A DNA stretch of 63,632 nt, filler included, from Choristocarpus tenellus KU-1152 (taxonomy: Eukaryota > Protista > Phaeophyceae): the NCBI GenBank assembly GCA_964200185.2. It is 11 parts of 11 records of this genome, joined end to end, with 100 filler letters (N's around TTAATTAATTAA, not from the genome) between each part and the next. Parts side by side here need not be neighbours in the genome. Positions count along the whole stretch, not along the records: positions 10,678 to 15,526 come from CAXNAD020012805.1; positions 15,627 to 20,452 come from CAXNAD020012920.1; positions 20,553 to 27,435 come from CAXNAD020007148.1; 8 more parts are not named here. One strand, given 5' to 3'. Position 1 is the stretch's first letter. Every line of letters starts with the position of its first letter. Of the stretch, positions 10,678-23,743 are shown piece after piece. The translations under genes and the position numbers were made by a program. The notes beneath the pieces were generated by a model. The model worked only from the letters and a program-made list of their open reading frames with translations. It had not been told where the DNA came from and did not search any database.

Positions 10678-13500
10678 TGAGTACGGGGGTTTGCTCTGTA
10701 AGGGTTCCTGTCAACAGGTTTGATACCAGGCTCTATAGGAATTTCTGCTTCAGCTAGGGTACATCTGCCTAGTTCTGCTGTATTCAACGAAAATACCGAT
10801 CTATAACGAGCACAGAGGTCTAAAAGTTGAGACACTTGTGACTGATTGAACGTGGTATCTTTGAATGCATTTGACTTGGTGAAGGCTTGATGTAACTCCT
10901 CTCTAGCTTTACTGAATGGAGCAGAATCCGTATTTAGAGCACTAACAGTAATTGGTACCTGATCTGAAATAGGGGTTAAGTGACCTATCACAAGATGCTT
11001 CCTGATACGTACTTTCCGTGTTGTTGGATTTGCCATTTGGACCAATACTGATTTATTATTTGACTGACCAAATACTGAGAGTGCGAGCAGCTACGATACG
11101 GTTCCATGGATGTGTAGGTTCAGAGGTTTGATCTACAGCAGGCATGGAGTGTATGACTGGCTTCACTACTACAGCAGTATTCAATGACGGACTAGTATCA
11201 GTGGTGCAACGTACGATGATTTCATGACCAGCTGGTATGTTATACTGTTTATGTACACGAACAGGTAACAGGGTCAAAATCATGTTGCACACTCACCACA
11301 GAACACGAAGGAGTTGTACTTGTATCACGTACTTGAGTGGAGCTCCTTGTCATGTGATGTCTTGCTGAAATGGTACACGAACTGTTGTGAAATGAAAGAC
11401 GTTGTTCTTGCCAATCAAGGATTGCACCGAAGGCCTGCATAACACTATTATCAAGCAGAATTTTATCGGGACCAAGTTGGGGAATCACTAAAGCTTCAAC
11501 TGGCAATGTGGTGTCACCAAGTGTAAGTGCAAAACGAATAAATCCACGAATCTGCAAAGGTGAACCATTTGCTGCACGTAGATTTATTGCACCAGGTGGG
11601 ACAGGATGCACATCAAAACGTTTCAGTTGAGGGTGATTGCGAACAAATATTTCAGAAATACATGGTACATCACTGGCTGTGTCAATAGCGAAGTCATTTT
11701 CCTCTTGTTCTTCAACGGTGCCAGATACACGAACTCTTTGTAATGAAAACGACAAAGGTTTGGGCATGGATGGATATCTGCACAAAGAACTGTTGAACCA
11801 AGTTTCATTATTATTACACGAGTTTGGTTGAACTAATGGCAAAGAAAAATGCTTAGTGACACGCGTGCAGGCAATAAACGATGCCTGCGGGGCAAGAGGT
11901 ACGACTGGCGTCAACCTCTGACGCTTGCCACTCCCTACGATGGTGTCAACAACGACACCATGGCTGTTCCCAAGTGGACAGGAGTCAAATCCACCTGGGC
12001 ACCCCTAGGGACGCGGACCATAATGGCCTGGTACTGACTGACTATCCTCACGAACACGAACACGACTTCCACGACTCCTGCCTCTACGATGCAAGTGTGG
12101 TAAAGGGGTTGCGTTGGTCAGTGTCAGTGTCCCCGGCTGTGGGAGGTGGACTCGTCAACGACCGAGCTGGGGCCCTGTTGAGGGATGCCTCCCCTGCTCG
12201 GTGACGTTCCACCTCCGTACGTAACCGTTGGCACTCGCATTGTAACTGCTCGAGTTCACTACGGGGAACCTGTCCACGACGAGAATTGTGGGTCACAGCA
12301 CTCGTGTAAGTTGTTATGGGGGTGGGGCTATTGCCAGACAAATGGTTAGCTTCTTGCCGTTTGGCACGGTCACGAGTTTGGGCAAACGAGGTGGCGGGTT
12401 CGTCCCGAATCTGTTCAAAACGAATTGCAGGGAGTAAGCCGTCTTTCATCAGGGTTATCTTCAGTTGCTCGACACGCAAAGTTTTCGTGTCGACTGAATC
12501 TGGAATGAAAATATCGTAGAGGGTACGAGTTTTGCCCTGCTTGTCTGTTTGGGGCTTTGTTTCCCACGGGTTTTATACGACATTTTCCTACTACTCCGAA
12601 ATGTTTCAGAGTAGTAAAATGTGTATGTTATGAAAAGATGTGTTCGAACCAAAGGATATTGACACTTCCTAATAAATACGATAGCCAAAATTACATCAAA
12701 ATCCAACATTGGATTTTGGCCCCCAAACGGACGCGGCTCTACCCTCTAAGATACGTTGACTCTCTGAGGACGACGTTCGTTGTACGATGAACATCATCCA
12801 AAAAACGATTAATTGCTGTGGTGCAACGTAAAGTATGTTAATCAACCGATTCATTCTCCCCCTGTTTCAAAGACGTTAGTCTACGAGCTGATACACTTAA
12901 CAGCATGGGCAAGAGTAAACGCGGTGATCAAGGCTTTCTGGACTTCATCCCAAGTCTTTGAAGGTGTAATGGGGACAGGGGTATCAAGAGACGATTGCAA
13001 ACGAGCCAAATCACTAGTTGAACGCCACTCTACTGTACCCGCCAACGCCTGAAAATAAAAGGTTTCAGCTGGTCCTTTAAGAATTTTCGGCAAAAATTCT
13101 ACGCATCGAGCATTAATCGTCTCAGGGGATGCGGGACCGTACTGACTAGAGTGCAAGGATATTGGCACGTGCCAATTAGAGAACAAAAGCGGTAAATTCC
13201 GTTCTCCAGAACCTGTAATGACAAGACCAGATGGTATTTCCGAAGCGGAAAACCTGAAACGACTCCCTTCTGATAGTGATGGTGAGCGTGCGACGTTGCT
13301 ACTCTGTGGAAAGGATCTTATTTGATCAGTGCCCATTCCCCGAGCTTGGAGCTTCATCAGATCTTGAAACCATCCAGGAGGCACGATATTCGTTCTTGCG
13401 CACTCGTTGACATGGTGCGCGATGAACGCTGGAACAGCATCCCCGAACTGTGCCTGTGAAATGGCCACCTCAAAAGTAGTCGAACTTGGGGGTGGGACCG
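10678..13500 (-). mobile_element. Ty3/gypsy LTR retrotransposon internal region (gag, protease, start of RT), degenerate
   Basis: Gag-like LKGPAETFYF...TWDEVQKALITAF; protease FAIDTASDVPCISE...LGPDKILLDN; pre-RT VFSLNTAELGRCTLAEAEIP...KPVDRNPYR. No LTR recognised. Confidence 0.88.
12503..12762 (+). mobile_element. MITE family A inserted in gypsy gag, TSD TCTG
   Basis: Full-length copy; TCTG on both flanks; gag-like sequence on each side. Confidence 0.92.
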
Positions 13501-14136
13501 GTTCTTCCTGGAATAGGACCTGACGAGAGTCACGGTCGCCCGAGCTAACACACGATGCTCTAGGGTCGACGACACAGGTCTGACATTCGCCTGGTGATCT
13601 GTCAAAGGTGAAGGGAGGGATCCATCTCTACGTTCGGCGAGTGTTACAGTACTTGATGACGTGGAGTCGATACTAGACACGTCAGAATCGAGGTGGGTGG
13701 AAGACTTCATGTCTACCATGGACTCGTGGTCTTGGGCTTCTTCCTCTGGTGCTCTTGATGGTGCCAGATCTGGACTTCTGCACTCTTGCGCACGATGTAT
13801 TCACCTTGACCTCGAGTTCAAGCATCGTGCCTTCTGCCTGATAAAGCTTCTCCTCTTTTTTCCAAGTGCGGACTACATCGCTCTCCACTATACCATTCGT
13901 CCTGTCCTGGTGCTGCTTGAGCAATGTGGCTACATTGTCGTGGATACTCCCCTTTTTGAATTCCCCCAGCACAGCCCCCATAAGTTGACCAAGGCACAAC
14001 GCTGTCACTGCTCTTTCTTTCTTCTTGAACTGGAGCTGTTGGAGCACAGTGGGTACTAACTGGTAGAGGTTCCCCTCCTCGTTCCACCACGGCATTGCAA
14101 TGTGCAGTATCCTATCCTAGCCATAGAAGGTCGAAA

Positions 14137-14394
14137 GAGTCAAATCATCTTAGAGGGTAGAGCCGCGTCCATTTGGGGACCAAAATCCAATGTTCCGATT
14201 TTGATGTAATTTTGGGTATCGTGTTTGTTTCAAAGTGTCAATATCCTTGTTCTAGTCACACCTTTCCATAATGTATACTTCTCACCTACTCCGAAACATT
14301 TTGGAGTAGGAAAATGTCATGAGAAACCCGTGGGAAGCCAAGCCCCAAACAGACAAACAGGGCAAAACCGGTATCCTCTAAGATAGTTTCGCTC
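14137..14394 (-). mobile_element. MITE family A, TSD GAAA
   Basis: Reverse-oriented full copy; GAAA on both flanks. Confidence 0.92.
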
Positions 14395-15626
14395 GAAAGT
14401 AACCCATTATGGTTTTGAAAGTGAGGTACAGGAATACTCGACACAACTATCGCTCGACAAAATTATCGCAATATGCTCGTCTGAGTGGGCATAATCCTCG
14501 AGAATGGTGTAATTCTTATGACAAACCATAAAGAAATGACTGCAACGTGTGCCAGGGCCAACTACATTAGAGAATCTTGATGCGACTGACACCCAGGAAA
14601 GAAATTAGTATCATATTTGCCACTCACTAGTCTGAGGCGCAGATACGAACACAGCAACATAAATGGAGCACTAGCTACACTCCAATCCTGGTCACTTGGA
14701 TTCTTTGTGCAGCTTCAACCATTCATGTCTTGTCACACACCGGAAGGTCCATTTCTGGAATGATGTGGCGGACCGATTGGGCTGGTGACAATGAGTGCAA
14801 ACAGTGCCGCCATACTGTAATGAACATCGCTTGCTGAGAGTATGAATCGCAAATTATGCCAAAATTCCCCAATATATACTCACCTGCCCAGTGTATGTGG
14901 CATTAGGTGAAAGCAAATGCAAGTTCAACGATACCTCTAGGTGGTATGGGAAAGGTGAATCAATCCCACGATTCACCCACCCTTTGAGCGATTGGACAAA
15001 AGGACAAAAAAATTGTACTATTCTGGTATACTTACCCAGACTGCTACCCCCGCCACTCCCGTTTGGATATCCTCCATAGTCGTGTGTAAAGAAAAACAAG
15101 AAGAAAAATGAAACAGCATGCTCCATCTCACCCTAAAAGGCCGCCTGTGCACAAGTTAAAAGCTCTGCAAAGACAATATTAAGAGTACCTTAACTCAGTG
15201 TGAACCGGTGGATATTTGCAACTATCATCAGACCTCATCCCTTCCCTTCCACTTGAGGTCAGACATTTTTGCTAAATAGTGCTCAAGTCAAATCCTTGCT
15301 GTCCGCATTGAAAGTCAGAGCTGTGAACAGAGCCCATAACTTCACATGCATTATTTCCTCTATAATAAAATTTCGAACAGGTAGGCACAGACCCCCACTG
15401 GCACAGCCCACCCCCTCTACCCAAACATGGCTCATCACTGCTAAGCAGGCACAGATCCCCCCCAGTATTTTTTCCCCTGGTGCTTCTCGAGCATCGTGAA
15501 TGGGTCAAAGTATCTGGGGAGGGGGGNNNNNNNNNNNNNNNNNNNNNNNNNNNNNNNNNNNNNNNNNNNNTTAATTAATTAANNNNNNNNNNNNNNNNNN
15601 NNNNNNNNNNNNNNNNNNNNNNNNNN

Positions 15627-16208
15627 CCGACGAGTTTGTGTTTATATGTCCTCATACGCATGGTTTTATTGGCCCGGTGGCAACCTAGATTTCATCTCCA
15701 TTAGTGCGTTCTGCCACCATCCTCTAACACTTTTACTGCCATGCCCCAATCCTTTTTCCTTCCCTCTTTGCGTTGATCAGACCAGAGAGCAATTGACAGA
15801 AACCTTACTAGAAATATGTTGACCCACAAGCATCTCGTACTCCATACCTACATCTTCAGTATAAGTCGAGATTTCCACTACAGATTACCTCTCTTCCACA
15901 CCCTAACGAAGTGGCGACAACCTCGCTGGGTCCAAACTTTGAACCCAACGGCAAGTTCCCTGGGCCATAATAACATAGTCTACACCCACTCAAGCGCCAA
16001 GCGTAGGTTCTAAAGGCAGTTTAGTTTAAAATATATCGTAAGAGGACGGTGGCTGGGTCAAAGTGCCTTGGGGCGTGGTGGTTTGTGAGGGGGCGTCCGT
16101 TTCAGTCCGCGACTGAAGACTTCAGTTGCTATGATTTTTCAGCAATTCGTCCAGACCGAAACGGACGCCCCCTCATATACCACCTCCACCCCCCAGATAC
16201 TTTGACCC
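15627..16208 (+). mobile_element. Second copy of the 3' end of the large Sola2-like element, including terminal fold-back C (16055-16208)
   Basis: Colinear with the reverse complement of 33713-33140, e.g. CTCCATTAGTGCGTTCTGCCACCAT and ACACCCACTCAAGCGCCAAGCGT in both. Arms of ~55 bp: GGGTCAAAGT...GAGGGGGCGTCCGTTTC / GAAACGGACGCCCCCTC...ACTTTGACCC. Confidence 0.85.
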
Positions 16209-17129
16209 TAACCGCCCCATCTACACCATTGATTACTCACAGTCTGCCTGCCAAACACACTTCCACTCTCGCAGCAAGACCTCGCTTGTTGCAATTTCTG
16301 CCGAGCTTTCAGTGAAATATTTTGGTGTCATTTTTCCTGAAGTGCTTGATGCAGTCCAGAGTGAGGGGAAAGAGAGTGAAATATGTGCCTAGAGAAACCT
16401 GTCATGCGATCTGGAGTGATGGACGCATCCTGATGAGCAAGTATATAGGTGACCTTGATCTCCAAATCTTACTTGACCTTGCTCAGAGTGTGAATGAATT
16501 GACAAGAGTCTGGTGTGGATACCCTATTGTTGAAATTATGTATCATTTCCTTGACGTGGACACTTCCAACCTGCCGCCAGACAGTAAGGCTGAGGGATGA
16601 TTAACGAGGAAATAGTGGTGTAATGATAAAGAGGATGTGGAAAAATTATACCTGTGGGTGACAACATGGTCAAAGATCGCAAAACAGTTACGGTATTTGA
16701 CATACACGATGGCAAGGTAGGTAGAGAGCAAGGTTCAAAAGGCTGGGATGCAAGGCCGTCTAACCGACAACGACTGATTGTTTATGACCATGATGCTGCA
16801 AAGAAGAACGACTCACTTGGGTGTCACGATCCAAAATATCAGTCTACCCACCGCTGACCACCTGATGCGGACTTTTCGATCTCATTTCCGATCCTCTCCC
16901 ACTCACGAAAGGTCACCCTATTCGCAGGCTTGGAGTTATTCAGGTGATTTTGAGCGTAGTTCGTCGACTTAATTTGATCTGATCTCTTAAGTAGTTGCTG
17001 TCGCTCACACATATGTAGACCGTAAAGATGCATTGTGCATTCTCCGTGCCCTCTCCACACTAGAAAAGCGCCAGGTATCAACCCTTGACTCATGGGGCTT
17101 CGGTATTTGCATTTCCTTAACGCACTTCT

Positions 17130-17387
17130 GATCCAAAGTATCTTAGACGGTAGAGCTGCGTCCATTTGGGGGTCAAACTCCAATGTTGCAATCTGATGTA
17201 ATTTTAGCTATCGTGTTTATCAGGAAGTGTCAATATCTATGTTTCGGACACACCTTTTCACAACATACACATTTTACCCACTTTGAAACATTTCGGAGTA
17301 GGAAAATGTAATAAGAAAACCCGCGGGAAACCAAGACCCAAATGGACAAACAGGGCAAATCTCGTACCCTCTAAGATGCTTTCACTC
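17130..17387 (-). mobile_element. MITE family A (GATCC-end subvariant), TSD TTCT
   Basis: Reverse-oriented full copy; TTCT on both flanks. Confidence 0.92.
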
Positions 17388-17956
17388 TTCTACTTGGTCT
17401 GCTGTTAGCTAATTCATATTCAAGGCAAGGTTCTCTGTCAACTAACCCTTCATCTTCCTTGCTGTGATCCATTGACACATTGAAGGGCATATGCGTTGTA
17501 TGGATTGACTTCGATATCATACCCGTGGATGAACCCAGCCTCACCGTCTTCAGAGTATCAACCCCAGTCTCATGATTGATTTTGCAGTCCTACAAAAAGT
17601 GTATGGTCGTTGTGTAAGTGTTTGTGTTTGTGGTTGTGGATGTGGTCATAGATATTGTCCCTTCTGAGCCAAAAAAAAGAAAAAGTGGGGAGGTCTTAGG
17701 TTTTCTGTTATTTTTATTGTCATCCCCTATTACATTTTGGCGATATGTTAGGGGAAAAACTAACGACTTTTCTGTTATCATACCATTATTGCTGCATACA
17801 CCCTCATACAGATTGATTATCCGTTTCAGAATTCCAGACTACGCTGAAGGATATTTCGTTAGACCTTATTAATACAATATCTTCAAAAGACTACTCTCAC
17901 AGGAAATAAGGGACTTCTCTTCATTTAGAGTTGTCAAGCATCAAGGTTCAGTTCGT

Positions 17957-18098
17957 GGCTCAAAATATCTGGGAGGGGGTGGCGGCTGTCCATTTGGGGT
18001 CAATTTTTTCATGTCGCGATTTTTGNNNNNNNNNNGCATACGTCGGATGGATACTGTAAATGCACTTTTCCTTATTTTGGTCCAAATGGACACCCTGG
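17957..18098 (+). mobile_element. MITE family B, right end missing
   Basis: GGCTCAAAATATCTGGGAGGGGG...GCATACGTCGGATG...CCAAATGGACACCCTGG; contains a 10-N gap. Confidence 0.8.
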
Positions 18099-18986
18099 TT
18101 ATTCTCTTCACCACCCTTGTCTGGGCGGACGATGCCACGACAGAATCATACGATTCATATTGGCAATGCTCGTGAATTGAGACAAGGGGTGACAGACAAA
18201 ATATTTTGTTTGAGCGCTGACAAAACACTCAATAGTATACCAACAGTCACATCTGTTTCCCATTTTCCTCCCAAACCTTATCATTTGGTTGACCTCTGAT
18301 CATGTTTACATGGCTTCGACACAAGTTGCTTGTCCCCTGTGTGATCAAATTACTGAGGAAAAAGGACACTCCTGATATGTATCGTTGTTTTATAATTTCA
18401 CGCCCAGTCTTCATATGAGCTTCTTGGTATGTTCCTGTTTTGCAGGAACACAAAAAGACGGGGGGGATTTGTGAGGATGTGGACAGAGGTTTGAACAAGG
18501 ATTCTGAGGGAGAGTCCTCGCCATACAACCTTATGTCACAACCTCAAGCAATTTACTTTTGACCATTCGTACGTTCAGTTCATGATACAGTTGACGTATT
18601 TCATGAACCGCATCATTATTCCTAATCCTAAATAATAAACTCTTTCTTAGAAAAGGGAAGATTATCTATTTTATCATTTTTTTAGTAAGACTTCTGTGGA
18701 AGTGTCAAGGTGCCAAAGCTCTCTGCACAAGGGGGCAATCTCAATCACCGGGTTGAACTCTTCCACCTCAGAGGGTGAGACTGAGTCTCAAAGGTCTTGG
18801 TCCAACATTTCAAGGCCAGTTGAGGAAATCCAAAACAGAACAAAAACCTGAAAGCACAACAGATGTTCCAGAATGAATAAGCAACGTCACAGCAGAGAAA
18901 TGGATCGGTCAGAATCAGAATATCTCTTGGTTCTGACAGTCCTCTTGGCTGTTTGGTCAAATCCGGACCTTATGGGTGTGGTTGGT

Positions 18987-19244
18987 GAGTGAACGTATCC
19001 TAGAGGGTACGAGATTTGCCCTGTTTGTCCATTTGGGTCTTGGCTTCCCGCGGGTTTTCTTATTACATTTTCCTACTCCGAAATGTTTCCAAGTGGGTAC
19101 AATGTGTATGTTGTGAAAAGGTGTGTCCGAAGCATAAATATTGACACTTCCTGATAAACACGATAGCTAAAATTACATCAAATTGCAACATTGGAGTTTG
19201 ACCCCCAAATGGACGCGGTTCTACCGTCTAAGATACTTTGGATC
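18987..19244 (+). mobile_element. MITE family A (GATCC-end subvariant), TSD TGGT
   Basis: Full copy; TGGT on both flanks; shares diagnostic variants with 17130-17387. Confidence 0.92.
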
Positions 19245-20289
19245 TGGTTTATTGAACTTGTTGGTGTGGTCGAGTTCCAAAGTTGTGGCTGGCGCGCGCA
19301 AATGTATATGACTGTGGGTTTTATTTACAAAAGTGTGAGTCGGAGATTCCCAAAAAGGAACCTGTCCCTGACATTACCCCCCCCCCAGTGTGGATTCTAT
19401 GCAACATGAACACACAAGTGGCTGGCCAGCACTTCATGTCGGACAGGTCCATCTTTGGGAGGAAAAACCCGAAAACATTCTGATTGAATCAACTCAGGGC
19501 AAAGAAAAATGAAGGTGGAGACTAGTGGTGATCAGCCCTTGGTCGCACTCTAGTCCAAGTGAGATCTGTGTTAACGAGTGGAAAGCGCAGGGAGAAAAAT
19601 GGCGTGGACCTGGCTGTCTTCTACGTGCCTCCCGGGGATCCGAGTGGATGAACCTCAGTATCACCATAGCTTTGGTACATCAAGTCATCTATTGGAGAGT
19701 GTTGTGGGGATAGTATTAAGGGTGGTTGCAAGACTCGTCATCCCTTACAATCACCTCTTGTTCAACAACTTGCCTCCAAGGTGCTTGGACAACCAGAAAG
19801 TTTGACTTTAAATATTTTGTTAAAATAAAGTAAAATATTATACTCGTGGTGAATAATATTTTGAAAAAACAATATTGCTTCTCACAGATAGGACCAACCT
19901 GTGTTTGTGTTTCCAGATGAGAGCAGTCTTTCTACCTCACAAGACTCAAGTCGTTAAATAGATCGACTCTAAATACCACCTGGACTGAACCATGGTATGG
20001 TCTTCAAGAATTTATCGATGTAGCTTCCGCCTTGTTGGTAGTGAAAAAAACATCTTCTCTAACCTGGTGGCAACTCACCAGGGCGGCAACCCACTAGTAT
20101 AGAGGCACTCATCTTACTTTCCTGCCCACAAGGAGTCGCAAGTATTAGAGGAAGCTTAGTTGCAATTAGGTGGACATCCAGTTGGCGGTAATACAAGTTC
20201 TTTGGTTGTAGTGGTAGGTGTCTTTTGATTATGACAAGTCGCTTGGTCAGTGGCTCTTACATTAGGGAGGTCCAAGTTGTTCTCATCAG

Positions 20290-20452
20290 CCACGATCATA
20301 TCTGCACATTAAGGTGTTTCAGCGGGTTTACGCCATACACCATTGGCCGGTGAATATCCCTGAAAGAAAAGCTGGTATAAATAATTGTGCGTGGTCTTTC
20401 TTCCTACACCTCGCTTATGGTCAACAATACCCTCTACTTTGTAACACCCAAT
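20290..20452 (-). pseudogene. Chromodomain fragment, probably a gypsy (chromovirus-like) integrase C-terminus
   Basis: YKVEGIVDHKRGVGRKTTHNYLYQLFFQGYSPANGVW...P*CADMI; one in-frame stop; cut by the gap. Confidence 0.6.
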
Positions 20453-20552
20453 NNNNNNNNNNNNNNNNNNNNNNNNNNNNNNNNNNNNNNNNNNNNTTAA
20501 TTAATTAANNNNNNNNNNNNNNNNNNNNNNNNNNNNNNNNNNNNNNNNNNNN

Positions 20553-20605
20553 CCCCAAACGGACAAAACAGGGCAAAACTCATACCCTCTAAGATAATTT
20601 CACTC
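20553..20605 (-). mobile_element. MITE family A, end only (contig edge)
   Basis: CCCCAAACGGAC...TACCCTCTAAGATAATTTCACTC directly after the gap. Confidence 0.8.
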
Positions 20606-21186
20606 GTTGGTATACCGTATTGTTCCTAGTAGTTGGACAGATTGAAGTGTGACAGATAGGCTGAGTCAGCCCTAACCTCTTTCTAAATGCGGCAGGAGAA
20701 CAGTACATTGCCAAGGGAAAATGATTAAGTAAATGCTATCCCCACACTCCTGATTGTGATAATACAATGAACAATATATGTATATTATTATATTGCCTTT
20801 ACGGGAACTACATGTGACATATAAAACGACTAACAAACACAGCTAGCTAGGAAGGGGTTTGAAGCAATATGATTTTTGTGGGAGGGAGTTGCCCTTCATA
20901 AAACTTGGTGGAAATTGCGGCCTCAGGGTATGGGGAGGAGAGGAGAGTCTACATATTCTACAAAATCCCAATCCTGGGAACCCCTTGACCATCTTTGTAC
21001 AAGGAATCTTAGTGCGTCCTTGGCAATATTGGTTTTGTATTTCCTAGTCACATGCAAACCTTGGGAAATATATAAATGAGGTTGCGCCCCATGGGTTTTT
21101 CCAGCAAAAAATGCTCTCACAGCCTAAGAAGGTCTCGTGGTGGTCAAACGGGGTTGATGCATTGCTTTTTGGAATGAACGAGGTTA

Positions 21187-21444
21187 GAGCCAAAGTATTT
21201 TAGAGGGTAGAGTCGCGTCCATTTGGGGACCAAAATCCAATGTTGCGATTTCGATGTAAATTTGGCCATCGTGTTTGTTAGGAAGTGTCAATGTCCTTGT
21301 TCCGAAGACACATTTTCATAACGTATACATTTTGCCTACTTCGAGATATTTTGGAGTAGAAAAATGTCATAAAAACCCCGAAAGAAACCAAGCCCCAAAT
21401 GGACACACAGGGAAAAACTCGTACCCTCTAAGATACTTTCACAC
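21187..21444 (-). mobile_element. MITE family A, TSD TTA
   Basis: Reverse full copy; 3-bp TTA on both flanks. Confidence 0.9.
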
Positions 21445-22704
21445 TTACAGTGTTTCCCAGGAACGGGGATGAGTCGGTTATTCAAGGCAGGACAGACAAC
21501 GGGAGAGGAGTTCTGGGTTAAAACAGGTTGAAGCATTGGCGCAAGGGCTGCCAGTACACTGTTGAGACAACCTCTTGGTGTGGCAGTAAAATTTGGCTTG
21601 ATACCTCTTCGTGCATGGACGTCCTGTTCTGGCGAGATAGTCCCAGCTCCTGCCTGATGGTGGGGGTTTCGGCTGGGACGGTGAAAGGGTGTAACATGAC
21701 TTTTGCATGATTTGGGTCGGCTGGGACAAATGTGTATTGGTCGCTTCGATTGGACAATTCTTTTATGAGATCATCAATAATCTGTTCTGCTTTGATTCTA
21801 CGGTTCACCATTTTCGTTCCCCAAAGGGTTGCTCTGCGAAATTAAAATGCCATGGTCTGGACTCCGTTTTGGTTAGGACATTAAGAGGAGGCAGGGTTCG
21901 TTCACAAAAATCAATGAGTTGATCTTCACCTATGTATCCTCCCCGAAAAAGGAGCTTCATATATATGAGGCATCCACGAGTCCACGGTATATGCTCGATA
22001 GTGCAAAACTAGACCATTGGCTACAGCCTTCCACGGCTCTCCTTTCTCTGTCTTCAAACAACTCATGGCAATATTAACTGCGTTTTTTCGACTGGCCATA
22101 CGAAAGGCTGCATTCTCTCACCAGAATATGAACCCACTCGGTTGCTGTTGTGTCTGTCATCTTGAGGAACCTATAAGAGCTGCCCTGTGATACTCGGGAC
22201 GTCAATTATAGACTACTAGTCTCCCAGGAGGATCGCTGTGTGTCCTAAGAGAGTCAGACAAGAGTTGTTCGAGGATCTCAATGCGGAAAGGGTTAAGTTA
22301 TCACTGCGTGGATGCGATGCATGGATGCATTGAGCCGTCATGGCTGCTGGAATTCTCGCGAAGTGCGGCCCTGGGCTGGAACCTCTCCGAATCACCGATT
22401 GCCGGCAGAACCTGTGTATCAGGCATGACTTCGATTCCCTGCGCACTCTGTGAGCCAGACATGTCTGTGTGTCTTGGTAATAATAAAAGAACAATGTGAC
22501 ACAAAATTGGGAGTATGAGTATATGAATGGCGAGAAATAGCTACCTAAGCAACGTCTATACCATGGTGTTCAGAGACCACTCTTTTAGATCAAAGGTGTA
22601 TGGTGCCTCCCTTGGAGACACAGATGTCATCATGCCAGTCCTTTCCTCCAAGTTAGGAGGTGGTGAAAGCGCTCCAAGAATTTCCAAGGACCAAGCAGAA
22701 GAAA

Positions 22705-22967
22705 GAGCCAAAAAAAGCATCTTAGAGGGTAGGGCCACATACATTTGGGGACCACAATCCATGTTGTGATTTTGATGTAATTTGACTATTGTGTTTGTTA
22801 GGAAGTGTCAATATCCTTGTTCCAGACACACATTTTCATAACGTACACAATTTATCTACTCCGAAATATTTTAGAGTAGGAAAAAATGACATAAAAAAAA
22901 TAATGGGAAGTCAAGCCCCAAACGGACAAACAGGGCAAAACTCGTACCCTCTAAGATACTTCCACTC
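22705..22967 (-). mobile_element. MITE family A, TSD AAA
   Basis: Reverse full copy; 3-bp AAA flanks; A-run expansion in one TIR. Confidence 0.88.
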
Positions 22968-23529
22968 AAATCCAGGCCATAGTAAGGAGCTACCAAAAAT
23001 CATAAGTGCTGAGGTGAATACTGAGTATTCTCTCCAGTTTGAAAAGACAAGGTAAGACCTCCATGTTACAGCACGCTCCAAAATCTTACCTCCACGAAAT
23101 GTATAGCTCTGATCCACAGGCCTATAGATGACTCTGATGCCTGTACAGGACTCCTGGGATACTCCGACAGTCAAAAAGGTCCAAAGAGGATGATAAGTAT
23201 CAGGTCAACAGATAAGGGTAATCTTATGAATCAATAAGCATAAACATGAGAATTGGTATCAGTTGAGAGTGAGTCATGTGGGGGCTTGAGCCTTTGGGGC
23301 CTTTTGTCATCAATTACCGTTTATTTTTATTTCAGTTGACAGACGTGGAAATACATTTGAAAACCGGTGCATACATTCCCAAGTTACAGACAGATCTTAC
23401 TCTGCAACTTTTAGCAAATCGGAGTTCCCCCTTTTTGGGGTTCCACACGCGCATACACTGCTCGCGCCGGTTAGCACGCGGAAGAAATACTTGTGCTATT
23501 CGCCTGTATCATAACACATCTATGGATAA

Positions 23530-23743
23530 CAGGAAATATGTACAAAATTCTACTTTTTTACAAATGCGTGTAGGATATTTTCCGAATTGTGTAGAAAAGC
23601 TCAAAGAAATAGAGAAATGATCCTCTCAAGTCAAAGGCAGCACTTCATCCATGGAAATATTGTGTGAATTGCAAAAAAAATTGAAAAACTACCTTACAGT
23701 GCAAAACGGACAAAATGTGGGTACCTCTCGTTTACTTCAACTC
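23530..23743 (+). mobile_element. MITE family G, right portion
   Basis: Aligns with 7175-7388 (ATATTTCCGAATT, CAGCACTTCATCCAT, GGGTACCTCTCG). The left TIR was not found. Confidence 0.75.

Noticed and set aside
13682-14095. 137-aa minus-strand ORF as a host gene
   Set aside because: No recognisable domain or splice chain; it is sandwiched between TE relics and left unassigned.
17130-17387. MITE A acting as a precisely spliced introner
   Set aside because: The available GT donors (GA|GTGAAA, AA|GTAGAA) combined with the TSD-derived AG give frameshifts or stops, not the restored frame.
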